A DNA stretch of 64,000 nt. It comes from a virus. The number at the start of each line of letters is the position of its first letter. The stretch's first letter is position 1. Shown piece after piece: positions 7,409-16,652 of this stretch. Made by a program: the position numbers and the translations under genes. Where the stretch lies: the IMG/VR virus record IMGVR_UViG_3300036768_001490, positions 1 to 64,000 of that record. One strand, written 5' to 3'. The notes below the pieces were generated by a model, which did no database searches, had not been told where the DNA came from, and saw only the letters and a program-made list of their open reading frames with translations.

Positions 7409-8719
7409 TCAGATGAACTTGGGGCCTGGCCAGTAAGAGTTCTCCTCCTTGAGGGCGCACAGGTCGGCGTCCACGTAGGGGATCAGGTGCATGTGGTGCC
7501 AGGCGGAGGGGTAGCCGTTGGACAGACGCACGGCCTGGAAGCGGCAGCGGATCTCCGGCACGTACTTGGCGAAGTTGCGGTCGGTCACGTACCAGAAGTT
7601 GTTGCTGGACCAGAAGCTCACGTGCGTTGGGTCCTGGTAGGCTCCGCGGCCGCAGCGGCCGCTGTCGTCGCAGACGGCTGGCGTGTGCGTGAGCAGGAAG
7701 CCTCCAGGCACCAGCAGGTCGTACAGGTGGTTCATGAGCCAGGGCACCCGGTTGGCGGGGATGTGCTCCAGGAAATCGAAGGCGCGGAAGCAGCCTACGG
7801 AGTTGGGCTTCAGGTAAGGGAAGAGTCCTTCGGGCTGGAGGACGTCGCACTGGATGCCCAGGGGGTGCTTCTTGACCGCGGGGTCGATGTCGATGGGGAT
7901 GTAGCCGTCCGGGCAGTTGTGCGCGCCGCCCAGGTCGTACATGGGCAGCTTCTCCCGCCGGCACCACTCCCGAACAAGGTCGTGCAACCAGCGGTCGCGG
8001 TGCTCGCGCGACCGGCGCTGGATCTCTTCCACGCGGACCTGGCACGTGGTCTGGCCATTCTGCCGGTGGAAGTAAAGCGGACGGTGGATATGCTCGAAGT
8101 GGATACCCTTGAGGTAGGTGCGGATGAGCAGTTCGTGGTCGTCCGCCACCGGCAGGTCCGGGTTATGCCCGCCGACCAGGCGGTACGCCTCCCGGCTCCA
8201 GACACGCACATGGTCTGGCGCGTACAGGATCTCACACAGGGAGCGTGGACCGATGGGATGGTGCTCGTTGACCTTGTAGTCGCGTCCCTTGTAGCTCCAG
8301 TCAAACTGGCGCCAGCCCCAGGCAGGCGAGTAGCACTGGCTCTCGTGCTTCATGTTGCAGCTGACATCGTCCGACCAGATGAAGCACAACCTGGGGCAGC
8401 GCTGGGCCGCCGCCACGACCTCCTCCAGGCAGTCATGTGTTATCAGGTCGTCGTGGTCGTACTCTAGCAGCAGGTCGCCGACTGCGTGGTCGCAGGCGAA
8501 ACGCTTGAGCGCACCGATGTTGGTCGCGTTGGAGCGCAGCAGGCGGACCCTGCCGTCTCCCTGAGTGATGTGTTCTACCGTCGTGGCGACCAGGTCGCTC
8601 TGGTCGCCGTTGGCGACGACGACCCATTCCCAGTCCTGGTATGTCTGTTCCTGCAAGCAGGCCCACACGTCTGGCAGCCATGCGGGATTGTGGCTGGGAG
8701 TGAATACACTGACTAACAT
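7409..8719 (-). CDS. GT2 glycosyltransferase fused to a class I SAM-methyltransferase-like domain
   Basis: LVSVFTPSHN...QTYQDWEWVVVANG...LLEYDHDD (GT2); DLGGAHN, FRAFDFLEHIP, LYDLLVPGG, AYQDPTH (MTase-like). TGATG-coupled to the fibre gene. Confidence 0.85.
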   Translation of the reverse strand: MLVSVFTPSHNPAWLPDVWACLQEQTYQDWEWVVVANGDQSDLVATTVEHITQGDGRVRLLRSNATNIGALKRFACDHAVGDLLLEYDHDDLITHDCLEEVVAAAQRCPRLCFIWSDDVSCNMKHESQCYSPAWGWRQFDWSYKGRDYKVNEHHPIGPRSLCEILYAPDHVRVWSREAYRLVGGHNPDLPVADDHELLIRTYLKGIHFEHIHRPLYFHRQNGQTTCQVRVEEIQRRSREHRDRWLHDLVREWCRREKLPMYDLGGAHNCPDGYIPIDIDPAVKKHPLGIQCDVLQPEGLFPYLKPNSVGCFRAFDFLEHIPANRVPWLMNHLYDLLVPGGFLLTHTPAVCDDSGRCGRGAYQDPTHVSFWSSNNFWYVTDRNFAKYVPEIRCRFQAVRLSNGYPSAWHHMHLIPYVDADLCALKEENSYWPGPKFI

Positions 8720-11508
8720 CAGCTGCTCTCTCTCCAGGAGTTCCAGAAACGCTGGTTCCGTTCCATGTCTGCGCGGGTGTGGCGGCGGAAGCGCCAGGTG
8801 TGGCCCTTGCGGACACCCGACAGCCGGACGGTCACGCAGTCCACTTCTCTGTCTGTCTGGACAACTAGTTCGTTGCCCTCTACGCGCGCTGCCACCAGGG
8901 CCAGGTGGCTGGGCACGGCGCCGACGGCCACGATGCTACCTTCTTCGCAAACGTCAAGGAAGATCGGGTCGATGCGTTGTCTCCACTGGAACGTTCTGCC
9001 AGAGGTGCTGCCTGGACGTGCCGTTACTACATGGACGACGTCCTCGAAGCGGACTTCCGGCATTTCCACACAGGCGAGAGCGACGAACTCTGGCTCGTCC
9101 CAGCCGTTCCTTCTACTGTACGGGACGATGGCTGTCTTTTCTCCAGCTGGGCCCTGGTACCCCTGGTGCCCCTGGTACCCCTGGTACCCCTGTTCCCCCT
9201 GATACCCCTGTTCCCCCTGGTACCCCTGGTACCCCTGGTACCCCTGTTCCCCCTGGTACCCCTGGTACCCCTGTGGACCTCCAGGGTCTCCCTGGTCTCC
9301 CTGATGACCTTGACTGCCCTGGTATCCCTGGTATCCCTGGTCTCCCTGGTCTCCCTGGTCTCCCTGATGACCTTGACTGCCCTGGTATCCCTGATGACCT
9401 TGACTGCCCTGGTATCCCTGATGACCTTGACTGCCCTGGTCTCCCTGGTATCCCTGGTTCCCCTGTTCCCCCTGTTCCCCCTGTTCCCCCTGGTACCCCT
9501 GGTGCCCCTGTTCCCCCTGTTCCCCCTGGTGCCCCTGGTACCCCTGGTGCCCCTGGTACCCCTGGTGCCCCTGGTACCCCTGGTCTCCCTGTGGACCCTG
9601 GTCTCCATCTGGCCCAGGGTCTCCCTGTGGACCCTGGTCTCCATCTGGCCCAGGGTCTCCCTGTGGACCCTGGTCTCCATCTGGCCCAGGGTCTCCCTGT
9701 GGACCCTGGTCTCCCTGTGGACCCTGGTCTCCATCTGGCCCAGGGTCTCCCTGTGGACCCTGGTATCCCTGTGGACCAGGGTCTCCCTGTGGACCCTGGT
9801 ATCCCTGTGGACCAGGGTCTCCCTGTGGACCCTGGTATCCCTGATAACCCTGGCTGCCCTGTCCGCCGCAGCGCGGCACTTGCAGGTCAATCGACAGTTC
9901 CCAGTCGCAGTCGGTTGCGTCCCGTACCTGACTGAAGCCGTAGACAAGGAAGCCGACGTCGCCGCAAGTGACTTCGCGGATGTCCAGGAACGGGTTCAGC
10001 TTGATGCAGGGGGCAACGGCGCCGATGTCCAGGCGCCAGATGCACTGGTCTGCCGGCCCGATCCGCTCGAACAGCCAGCTGATCGTCCCTGGGCCTGGTC
10101 TGGGACGTGGCCAGACGAAGCGGGGGTTGGCCGCGGCACGGAGTTCCGGACACGGTGCCCGGCTGTTGATCTCCAGGAACCAGTTGAAGCCGACGCGGTA
10201 GAAGTACCAGTGCGTGTAGCCACCCGCTCGGCCGAACCGGATCGGCGTGTAGCGTCCTGGCCTGCGCGGCAGGACTTCCGGGCAGTTGACCCGCAGCTGC
10301 GTGATGTCCACGTGGTACTGGCAGCCGGCGAGCCTGGCCACGCGCCAGCGGATGAAGCTGCCCGTGCCAGGGTCCACCCGTGTCTGCTCCAACCTGGGGC
10401 TGATCCGCGGGCAGGGCACGTCCAGGTAGATGTCCAGCTCGAAGTTGCACGACGGCTTCTTGGCGACGACGAAGGTTAGCTGGCCGGCGCCGAACGGGAC
10501 CGGCTTCGTCTTGAACGAGCTGGGCGCGATGCGCGGGCAGTGGTACTCGCCGCTGATGTCCAGCTCGAAGGTGCAGCCGATCTTTTTGAAGCGGAAGGAC
10601 AGCCGCGGCTCCCGGTTGGTGATCTCACGCAGCTTGGTTGTCCGCGTGGTCAGAGGCTGGATGGCAGGACACGGCGACGTGACGTCGATGTCCAGCTCGA
10701 ACTCGCACTCACCTGGCTTCTTTCTCTTGAACTCGTAGTTCAGCCGGCCGGTGGCTCTGTCGAAGCGGACGATCTTGGTTTCCCGGCGGCGTGGCTCCAC
10801 CTTGGGGCAGGGAGCCAGGACATGGATGTCCAGGTCGAAGGAGCACCCTACCTTGAAGAAGTAGAACCAGAGCCTGCCCACCGGCTTGTCGCTCAGGAAC
10901 CGGACGTACCGGCTACGGCCGGGCGGCAGAGGACGCACCTCCGGGCACGGCACGGAGACCTGGATGTCCAGGTCGTAGTCGCAGTTCGGCAGCTTCACGA
11001 AGCCGAAGCGGAGCGTACCGAGGCGGTTCCGGGAGAACGGCACTTCCCGGAAGCGAGAGGTCGGCTTGATCTTGGGGCAGTGTACCTGGGCGTCGATTTC
11101 CAGGAGCCAGTCGCAGTCCGGCAGCGGCACGAAGCCGAAGCGCAGCAGGGACGGCCCGTCCGTGAACGGGACGGAGCGCGTCTGCTGCCAGGACGGCTGC
11201 ATCTCCGGGCAGCGCACGTCGGCCTCGACCTCCAGCGCGAAGGAGCAGCAGGCTTCCTTGTGGACGGTCACATCGAGGCGTGGTGTCAGGTGGCGTCCTT
11301 GCTGGATGCTCGTCCGGGAGACAGACAGGTTGGGGCAGGGTGGCTCCGGTGGCAGTTCCGTGATGGGGGGACTGTCGCAGGCGGGTATGTCGGCCGGCGC
11401 CTCCGGGACGCTCGGGTCGCGGATCAGGTCTTCGCACGGAATGCGCGGCACGGGCTCGACCTGGCACTTTTCCGGGTCGAAGGCAAAATCATGCTGGTCG
11501 CCGGCCAT
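8719..11508 (-). CDS. Tail fibre-like protein: 11 Cys-bracketed ~45-aa repeats + Gly-X-Gln collagen + C-terminal globular domain
   Basis: Repeats C-x-[FYW]-x-L-[DE]-I-x4/5-C-P; about 80 Gly-X-Y triplets ([15 protein letters not shown]); C-terminal KTAIVP...[14 protein letters not shown] domain. Confidence 0.8.
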   Translation of the reverse strand: MAGDQHDFAFDPEKCQVEPVPRIPCEDLIRDPSVPEAPADIPACDSPPITELPPEPPCPNLSVSRTSIQQGRHLTPRLDVTVHKEACCSFALEVEADVRCPEMQPSWQQTRSVPFTDGPSLLRFGFVPLPDCDWLLEIDAQVHCPKIKPTSRFREVPFSRNRLGTLRFGFVKLPNCDYDLDIQVSVPCPEVRPLPPGRSRYVRFLSDKPVGRLWFYFFKVGCSFDLDIHVLAPCPKVEPRRRETKIVRFDRATGRLNYEFKRKKPGECEFELDIDVTSPCPAIQPLTTRTTKLREITNREPRLSFRFKKIGCTFELDISGEYHCPRIAPSSFKTKPVPFGAGQLTFVVAKKPSCNFELDIYLDVPCPRISPRLEQTRVDPGTGSFIRWRVARLAGCQYHVDITQLRVNCPEVLPRRPGRYTPIRFGRAGGYTHWYFYRVGFNWFLEINSRAPCPELRAAANPRFVWPRPRPGPGTISWLFERIGPADQCIWRLDIGAVAPCIKLNPFLDIREVTCGDVGFLVYGFSQVRDATDCDWELSIDLQVPRCGGQGSQGYQGYQGPQGDPGPQGYQGPQGDPGPQGYQGPQGDPGPDGDQGPQGDQGPQGDPGPDGDQGPQGDPGPDGDQGPQGDPGPDGDQGPQGDQGYQGHQGYQGHQGYQGHQGEQGEQGHQGYQGEQGEQGEQGNQGYQGDQGSQGHQGYQGSQGHQGYQGSQGHQGDQGDQGDQGYQGYQGSQGHQGDQGDPGGPQGYQGYQGEQGYQGYQGYQGEQGYQGEQGYQGYQGHQGYQGPAGEKTAIVPYSRRNGWDEPEFVALACVEMPEVRFEDVVHVVTARPGSTSGRTFQWRQRIDPIFLDVCEEGSIVAVGAVPSHLALVAARVEGNELVVQTDREVDCVTVRLSGVRKGHTWRFRRHTRADMERNQRFWNSWRESS
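9140..9868 (-). repeat. Collagen-like 9-bp-unit coding repeat with 18/36-bp higher-order duplications
   Basis: e.g. ccctgtggaccctggtctccatctggcccagggtct recurs between about 9590 and 9750. Confidence 0.92.
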
Positions 11509-11521
11509 CCGTTACCTCCGC

Positions 11522-12511
11522 TCAACAGCTTTCCGAGACGTCTGAAACGGTGTCGAAGCACGTCACCAGCCCGGCCATGTTGACGTCGATCACGACCTTG
11601 TGTTCTTCCGGCACGGAGACGATGGTGACGCCGGGACCAGCCGTCAGCTCGAACTGCCGCCCTCCGCTGCCGTTGATGGAACGGAGGACGTCGTTGCAGC
11701 GCGGGCCGCCCTCTAGCAGCTGACTGCCCGCAGGCGGCACCTCGCCCGCGAACAGCGGCGCCGGCTCGCACGGCTCGCCGTCTCCTGCTCCCACGGCGGC
11801 GCCGAAGATAATGGACCCTTCTTCCTGCCGGATGACGGCGTTGTAGCCTGGGACAAAGATAATGTCTCCGACCAGACAGGGCTCGTACACATGCACGGTC
11901 CCCGTCGGATAGGGGAAGATGACCTCCGGGCAGCCGTCGGGAGCCGACACGCGCGTCCGGTCGTCGTTGGCCAGCCCCACCCGGGCGACGTAGGTGCCAG
12001 CCAGGTTCTGGACCAGAGCCGGCTCCACCACGGCGCCGCCGGCGCCGCGCTCGATGACGCCGTCCACGGGCAGCAGCAGCTCCAGCTCCGCCATCTTGCC
12101 TGTAACCAGGAAGCCGGACCAGGCCGTTTCCTCGCATGTGGCAGGAAGAGAGGACGACTGGCTGCTGGCGGAGAAACCTTCGTTGTCGCTGTCGCCAGAG
12201 TCGGCGAACTCCAGGCAGTAGTCCTGCCCTCCCAGCCGGCGGAGGAAGACCAGCGGCGTGCGGAACAGGCCCGGCGCGTCGGACGCGAACTCGAAGTAGA
12301 ACGTGTCGCCCTGTCGGCGCAGGCGGTCCAGGTAGACGGTGTGGACCCCGTCCACGAACCCGGCCGGTCCGTACAGCACGAAGCCGCAGTCCACGACGAT
12401 GGCGTGCGGCAGGCGGCGCAGTGTCAGGGGGCCGTGGGGCTGGGCCACCGTCCCTGTCCGGAACGGGTAGGAGCGGTTGGCGTTCTGGTTGTAAAACCCT
12501 GGTTCAGCCAT
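11522..12511 (-). CDS. Tail fibre/baseplate-peripheral protein, paralogue 5 of 5
   Basis: GFYNQNANRSYPF N-motif; GDIIFVPGYNAVI; LRSINGSG. Confidence 0.7.
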   Translation of the reverse strand: MAEPGFYNQNANRSYPFRTGTVAQPHGPLTLRRLPHAIVVDCGFVLYGPAGFVDGVHTVYLDRLRRQGDTFYFEFASDAPGLFRTPLVFLRRLGGQDYCLEFADSGDSDNEGFSASSQSSSLPATCEETAWSGFLVTGKMAELELLLPVDGVIERGAGGAVVEPALVQNLAGTYVARVGLANDDRTRVSAPDGCPEVIFPYPTGTVHVYEPCLVGDIIFVPGYNAVIRQEEGSIIFGAAVGAGDGEPCEPAPLFAGEVPPAGSQLLEGGPRCNDVLRSINGSGGRQFELTAGPGVTIVSVPEEHKVVIDVNMAGLVTCFDTVSDVSESC

Positions 12512-12515
12512 GCCT

Positions 12516-12530
12516 AAAATCCGTTTTTTA
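12516..12530 (-). promoter_or_regulatory. TAAAAAACGGATTTT motif, copy 1
   Basis: Identical to 54972..54986; 4 nt upstream of the ATG at 12511; lies within the dyad CCTAAAA-N6-TTTTAGG. Confidence 0.5.
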
Positions 12531-12542
12531 GGACTTTCCCGA

Positions 12543-13382
12543 TTAGCCGACCACACCGGTCGCGTTCGCCGGTTCTCCCACGGCCTCGATACGGGCCCCG
12601 CCCGCCGTGGGAATGATGCGCAACACCGTGTCGGCGGCCAGCTGGTGGTTGCTGGTCAGGACCAGGCCGCCGGTCGCGTCCGGCTGGCACTCGAACGTCT
12701 GGTTGGGCCCGACCACGCGCACGCGGCGGATGAACCTCGGCGTGTCATACAGGTCGTTGGGGGCGCACAGCCGGCGGCGAAAGAGCGGGTCGCCGACCAC
12801 GTCCACGCGGACGGCGGGCACGGTGCGTTGCGGCCGGCCGCAGCGGTCCAGCACCGTCACCTCCGCGGTGCGGAAGACCACGCCGTCGTCTCCCACCAGC
12901 CAGACCTCGCCGGTGAACAGGGTGCCGTCCTCCAGGCGGAAGCCGCGCACGCCGACCTCGGGGGTCGGGAAATGGACCGTGGACGCGAACTCGCTGCCGT
13001 CCGGGTCGAACTCGTGCGTGCCGACGCCCCAGGACTGGAAGACGGCCAGGCGCTCCGGCGCGCTGACCAGCAGGCCGGCGGGACGGCCGAAGGCGTCCTG
13101 GAACACGACGGTGCCGCTGCTGCCCACCAGGGGAAAGGTGCCCGTGGCCAGGTCCGGCGTGGTGCTGTCGCCCAGTACCAGGGACACGCGCTGGTGGTCG
13201 ATGCGCACCTTTGCCAGGTACAGGCCGGCGGCGGCACCGACCGGGTACAGGGCGGCATCCAGGAACGTCCCTTCCACCAGGACGCGCCCGTCCCTGCTTG
13301 TCATGCTAGCCCGCTCGCTGAACGGGTACTTGGTCGCCTCGTGCTGCCGGCGCCATTCCGGGAACAGGGTCCGCTCGGCCAT
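12543..13382 (-). CDS. Tail fibre/baseplate-peripheral protein, paralogue 4 of 5
   Basis: EWRRQHEATKYPF N-motif; GEVWLVGDDGVVF; QPDATGGLVL. Confidence 0.7.
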   Translation of the reverse strand: MAERTLFPEWRRQHEATKYPFSERASMTSRDGRVLVEGTFLDAALYPVGAAAGLYLAKVRIDHQRVSLVLGDSTTPDLATGTFPLVGSSGTVVFQDAFGRPAGLLVSAPERLAVFQSWGVGTHEFDPDGSEFASTVHFPTPEVGVRGFRLEDGTLFTGEVWLVGDDGVVFRTAEVTVLDRCGRPQRTVPAVRVDVVGDPLFRRRLCAPNDLYDTPRFIRRVRVVGPNQTFECQPDATGGLVLTSNHQLAADTVLRIIPTAGGARIEAVGEPANATGVVG

Positions 13383-15055
13383 TACGGGTACTCCTGGACG
13401 AGGAAGTTAGAGAAGCGCGCCAGTGCCCGGTTGGCGCCGAAGCCGTTTCTGCCGTTGCTCGGGCCGTAGTCGTTTACCTCCACCGTCAGGGAGACGTCGG
13501 TGCTGCCGGGGCTTGTCACCGAGGTCAGCTGGGCCGTGATGGTGTGGCGGCCGGGCCCGGGTCCAGGGACGACAGTGGCCGCGAGGCGATACCAGTGGTC
13601 CAGGACCAGGCCGGGGACGATGACCGGCGCCACGCGGACGAAGCTGGTGCCGTTGAAGCGACTGACGAGGAACTGCTGGTCATCGTAGTCGATCTCGACC
13701 TGGTAGTAGAAGTCCCGTCCGTTGTCCAGCGGGTGCGGTCGATGGTTGAGTACCAGGGCGGCATTGTGCCGCGCTCCGGTCGGTCCGGGCACCATCTTGA
13801 CGTCGGCCTGCAAGCGGCGGCCCGCCGTGCTGTCGTCGAAGCCGTTCCAGACGATGACGTTGCGCATGGCCGCCGTGGCACTGCCGAGACTGTGCCCGGA
13901 CAGTGGCAGCGAGGACGAGGACGAGGACGAGAATGACTGGGACGCAGCCAGCTCGGGACAGACAGGGTCGGGGCTGGCGTCGGCGACCATCTGCCACAGG
14001 CCGCTGCGCGTCTCGAAGTCCCGGGCGTTGCCGTCCAGGAAGCAGTCCCGGTAGGGCAACGCCCCCAGGTGCCGCAGCGACTCGGACTCGGCCGGCGGTG
14101 GCGGCAATGGCGGCGGGCTGGCAGGAGGGTGCAGGGGGATCGGATCGTACTCGCTGGGCAGTCTTCCCGTATCGTCGGGCAAATGGGGTGGCAGGCAGGC
14201 ATCTGCCAGGCCCAGGCCGCAGTCGATGACGATGCCGCACGGCCCGTCGATCTTGCCCACGACGGCACAGCCGCGGAACTCTAGGGTGATGGTCCCGTCG
14301 CAGTCAGGTGTCACGGCGTTGATGAACTCGACCGGCTCCGGCTGCCCGCAGGTGCCGGACTCCGGCCGGCCGGCGCAGGGGCCGGCAAATTCCCGAAAGG
14401 TGTTCTTCTCCCGGAGGTGGCCGGGGATGTTGGCTGCTTCGGGTGGCACGGGGAGGCCGTCTGCGCCGGCCGTGTCCGCCAGGCGCAGGACGATGCAGTC
14501 GCGCAGCACGCCGGCGATCTCTCGTTCTTCCTTGCGCAGCAGGAGCGGGGCCAGCGCGCGCAGCGTGACCACGCCCGTCAGGCGGTCCGCGGCGTGGGCC
14601 ACCTGGGCGCTGGTCACGGGGAGGGGGCGGTAGGGCCTGGCGGCGCGCGCCGCCAGGCGGGACTGGCGTGGCGTGGCGAAGCGGCCCTGATAGGGGACGT
14701 CGCGGGTACCGGCGCCGAAGACGACCCAGCCAGCCGTGCCTGCCACCTGGGGCCAGAGGGCATGCACGCGCCCGTCCTCCACTGGCTGGGGGACGGACAC
14801 GACGGCCAGCGGCACATGGCCAGGGATGTCCAGGTCGTCTGCTGCCTGGATGGTCAGCGTGACCAGGGACGGCGTGACGCTCAGCGCGGACAGGAAGGCG
14901 TACCGTCCCAGGGTCAGCGGCCAGCGCAGCTGCATGTCGGCCAGGACGTGGGACGGCAGGCGCCGGCCGTTGTCGTCCACGGCCGTGGCCGCCTCATCGA
15001 CTGGGTAGGCGATGCCCTCGTTCTGCGTGTACCAGTGCAGGTTGCGTATGGCCAT
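13382..15055 (-). CDS. Tail fibre/baseplate-peripheral protein, paralogue 3 of 5, with a C-terminal beta-sandwich (lectin-like) domain
   Basis: HWYTQNEGIAYPV; GVVTLRA; EFINAVTPDCDGTITL; C-terminal LQADVKM...FYYQVEIDY...DHWYRLAATV resembles a jelly-roll. Confidence 0.7.
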   Translation of the reverse strand: MAIRNLHWYTQNEGIAYPVDEAATAVDDNGRRLPSHVLADMQLRWPLTLGRYAFLSALSVTPSLVTLTIQAADDLDIPGHVPLAVVSVPQPVEDGRVHALWPQVAGTAGWVVFGAGTRDVPYQGRFATPRQSRLAARAARPYRPLPVTSAQVAHAADRLTGVVTLRALAPLLLRKEEREIAGVLRDCIVLRLADTAGADGLPVPPEAANIPGHLREKNTFREFAGPCAGRPESGTCGQPEPVEFINAVTPDCDGTITLEFRGCAVVGKIDGPCGIVIDCGLGLADACLPPHLPDDTGRLPSEYDPIPLHPPASPPPLPPPPAESESLRHLGALPYRDCFLDGNARDFETRSGLWQMVADASPDPVCPELAASQSFSSSSSSSLPLSGHSLGSATAAMRNVIVWNGFDDSTAGRRLQADVKMVPGPTGARHNAALVLNHRPHPLDNGRDFYYQVEIDYDDQQFLVSRFNGTSFVRVAPVIVPGLVLDHWYRLAATVVPGPGPGRHTITAQLTSVTSPGSTDVSLTVEVNDYGPSNGRNGFGANRALARFSNFLVQEYP

Positions 15056-15056
15056 G

Positions 15057-16637
15057 CTACGACTCTCCGGCCGGCTGGACAATGGGCGCGGCGCACTGCT
15101 CGCATGCCGTCAGCTTCCGCCGCGGGTCGAGCGGCGCCGTCCGCTGGACCACGGCGCGCACGGCCTCTCCCTCGGGGATGGCGGCCTCGTCCCAGCGCGC
15201 CGAGACCTCCTCGGGCACGTCCACCTCGGGCTGGTCCGGCCCGACCGGTTCCGGAACATGGACGCTGAACGCCACCTCCACGGTGTCGCCGGTCTGGCAG
15301 CCGGGAAAGCAGGCCCGGAACTTGGCCGTGGTCGTGGCGCGGGGCCCGGCGTGGTCCACGAAGAAGCTCACGGTCGGCAGGCGCACCAGCGGGACGTGTC
15401 CCTGCTCCCCGTCCGTGGTTGTCCCCTCCAGGACCGGGTCGGCCACCTGCAGGCGCGCTGGCACCTCGACGGGAGCGCTGCGGGCTGGATGGCGCGTGAA
15501 GTGTCGGAACGTGAAGCGCAGCTCCAGCGGCCCGATGCACAGGTCAGAGAAGTTGCAGTAGGCGGCGCCGACAAACAGCTTGCAGTCGCTGTCGCTGGAC
15601 ACTACCAGGCGGGCGGGGCACTCCAGGCGGCGCTGGCGCTCGGCTTCCCAGCGGCCGATGTTGTTCCGGTGCGTGTCCCGTGCGGACTCGGCCAGCAGGC
15701 CGGCCTGCCGCCAGCGCTCCCAGGTGCGGGCCAGCCCGCGGTAGGTGCGCACGAAATAGGAGCAGGCACAGCAGGGGGTGCAGTCGTTGAACAGGCGCAC
15801 CGTGCTGGCGGCGTCCGCTGGTGGAAAGTCGTGGTAGGCGTAGACGGCCTCTCTTCCCTCTGGACCGTCGGTGACATGCAGCGCCCGCTGGGCCCGCAGG
15901 CAGCCGTCTAGCTGGAGGAAGAAGTTGCCGGCGGCATCGGGGGCGGTGTGGTTGATGCGGCGCACCAGGACTTCCGTGTCGAGGCAGGACGGCTGGCGCC
16001 CCAGGCCGGCGCCAGGCACGGCGTCCATGTCCACGCGGTCGATGGCGGGTCCGCCGTCCGTGCGCGCCGTGCCGCGGCCTGCCAGCTGGATGTTGTAGCC
16101 TGCCTCCAGGAGGACCGGGCCGCGGAAGGTCTGGAGGCCGACCCGGATGGCGCGCAGCCGCCTCGGCAGACGGTTCAGCGTGCGCGGGTCCAGTTCGCCG
16201 TTGGCCGGAGTGATATGCTGGCTGTAGGTACGGACCTCGGCCCCTGGTTCCCAGTCCGTGTGCAGGGTAAGGCGGCAGACCTCCTCCTCGGTCTCCCACT
16301 GCACGATGAGCAGGCGTCCTCCCCAGGGGACTTCCCGGTAGGACGTCGCGCTGGTGGAGTCGAAAACGACCCGGTCGTGCGCGTCCAGCACGACGAGGTC
16401 TTTGGCGTGCGTCGGCGCCGGCATGCCGGCCGGCAAGGGGGCCGGCTCCGTGCCGCAGCCGTACAGCCAGGCGAGGCGGAAGGGGTAGACGAGGGCGCAG
16501 GCGTCATCGAGGTAGGACAGGTAGAAGTCGCCGAGCAGATCCTGGATGTCGGCGCTGGGCTCCACCAGGGGGTAGAGGCTGCCGCCGCCGGGCGGCTGGT
16601 TGACGCCGATGGCCTGGCGCCCGAACTGGTGTGTCAT
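15057..16637 (-). CDS. Tail fibre/baseplate-peripheral protein, paralogue 2 of 5
   Basis: SLYPL; GPVLLEAGYNIQL; RRINHTAPDAAGNFFL; CTPCCAC followed by a helical segment. Confidence 0.7.
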   Translation of the reverse strand: MTHQFGRQAIGVNQPPGGGSLYPLVEPSADIQDLLGDFYLSYLDDACALVYPFRLAWLYGCGTEPAPLPAGMPAPTHAKDLVVLDAHDRVVFDSTSATSYREVPWGGRLLIVQWETEEEVCRLTLHTDWEPGAEVRTYSQHITPANGELDPRTLNRLPRRLRAIRVGLQTFRGPVLLEAGYNIQLAGRGTARTDGGPAIDRVDMDAVPGAGLGRQPSCLDTEVLVRRINHTAPDAAGNFFLQLDGCLRAQRALHVTDGPEGREAVYAYHDFPPADAASTVRLFNDCTPCCACSYFVRTYRGLARTWERWRQAGLLAESARDTHRNNIGRWEAERQRRLECPARLVVSSDSDCKLFVGAAYCNFSDLCIGPLELRFTFRHFTRHPARSAPVEVPARLQVADPVLEGTTTDGEQGHVPLVRLPTVSFFVDHAGPRATTTAKFRACFPGCQTGDTVEVAFSVHVPEPVGPDQPEVDVPEEVSARWDEAAIPEGEAVRAVVQRTAPLDPRRKLTACEQCAAPIVQPAGES

Positions 16638-16652
16638 GGCGCCTCCCGTGCC

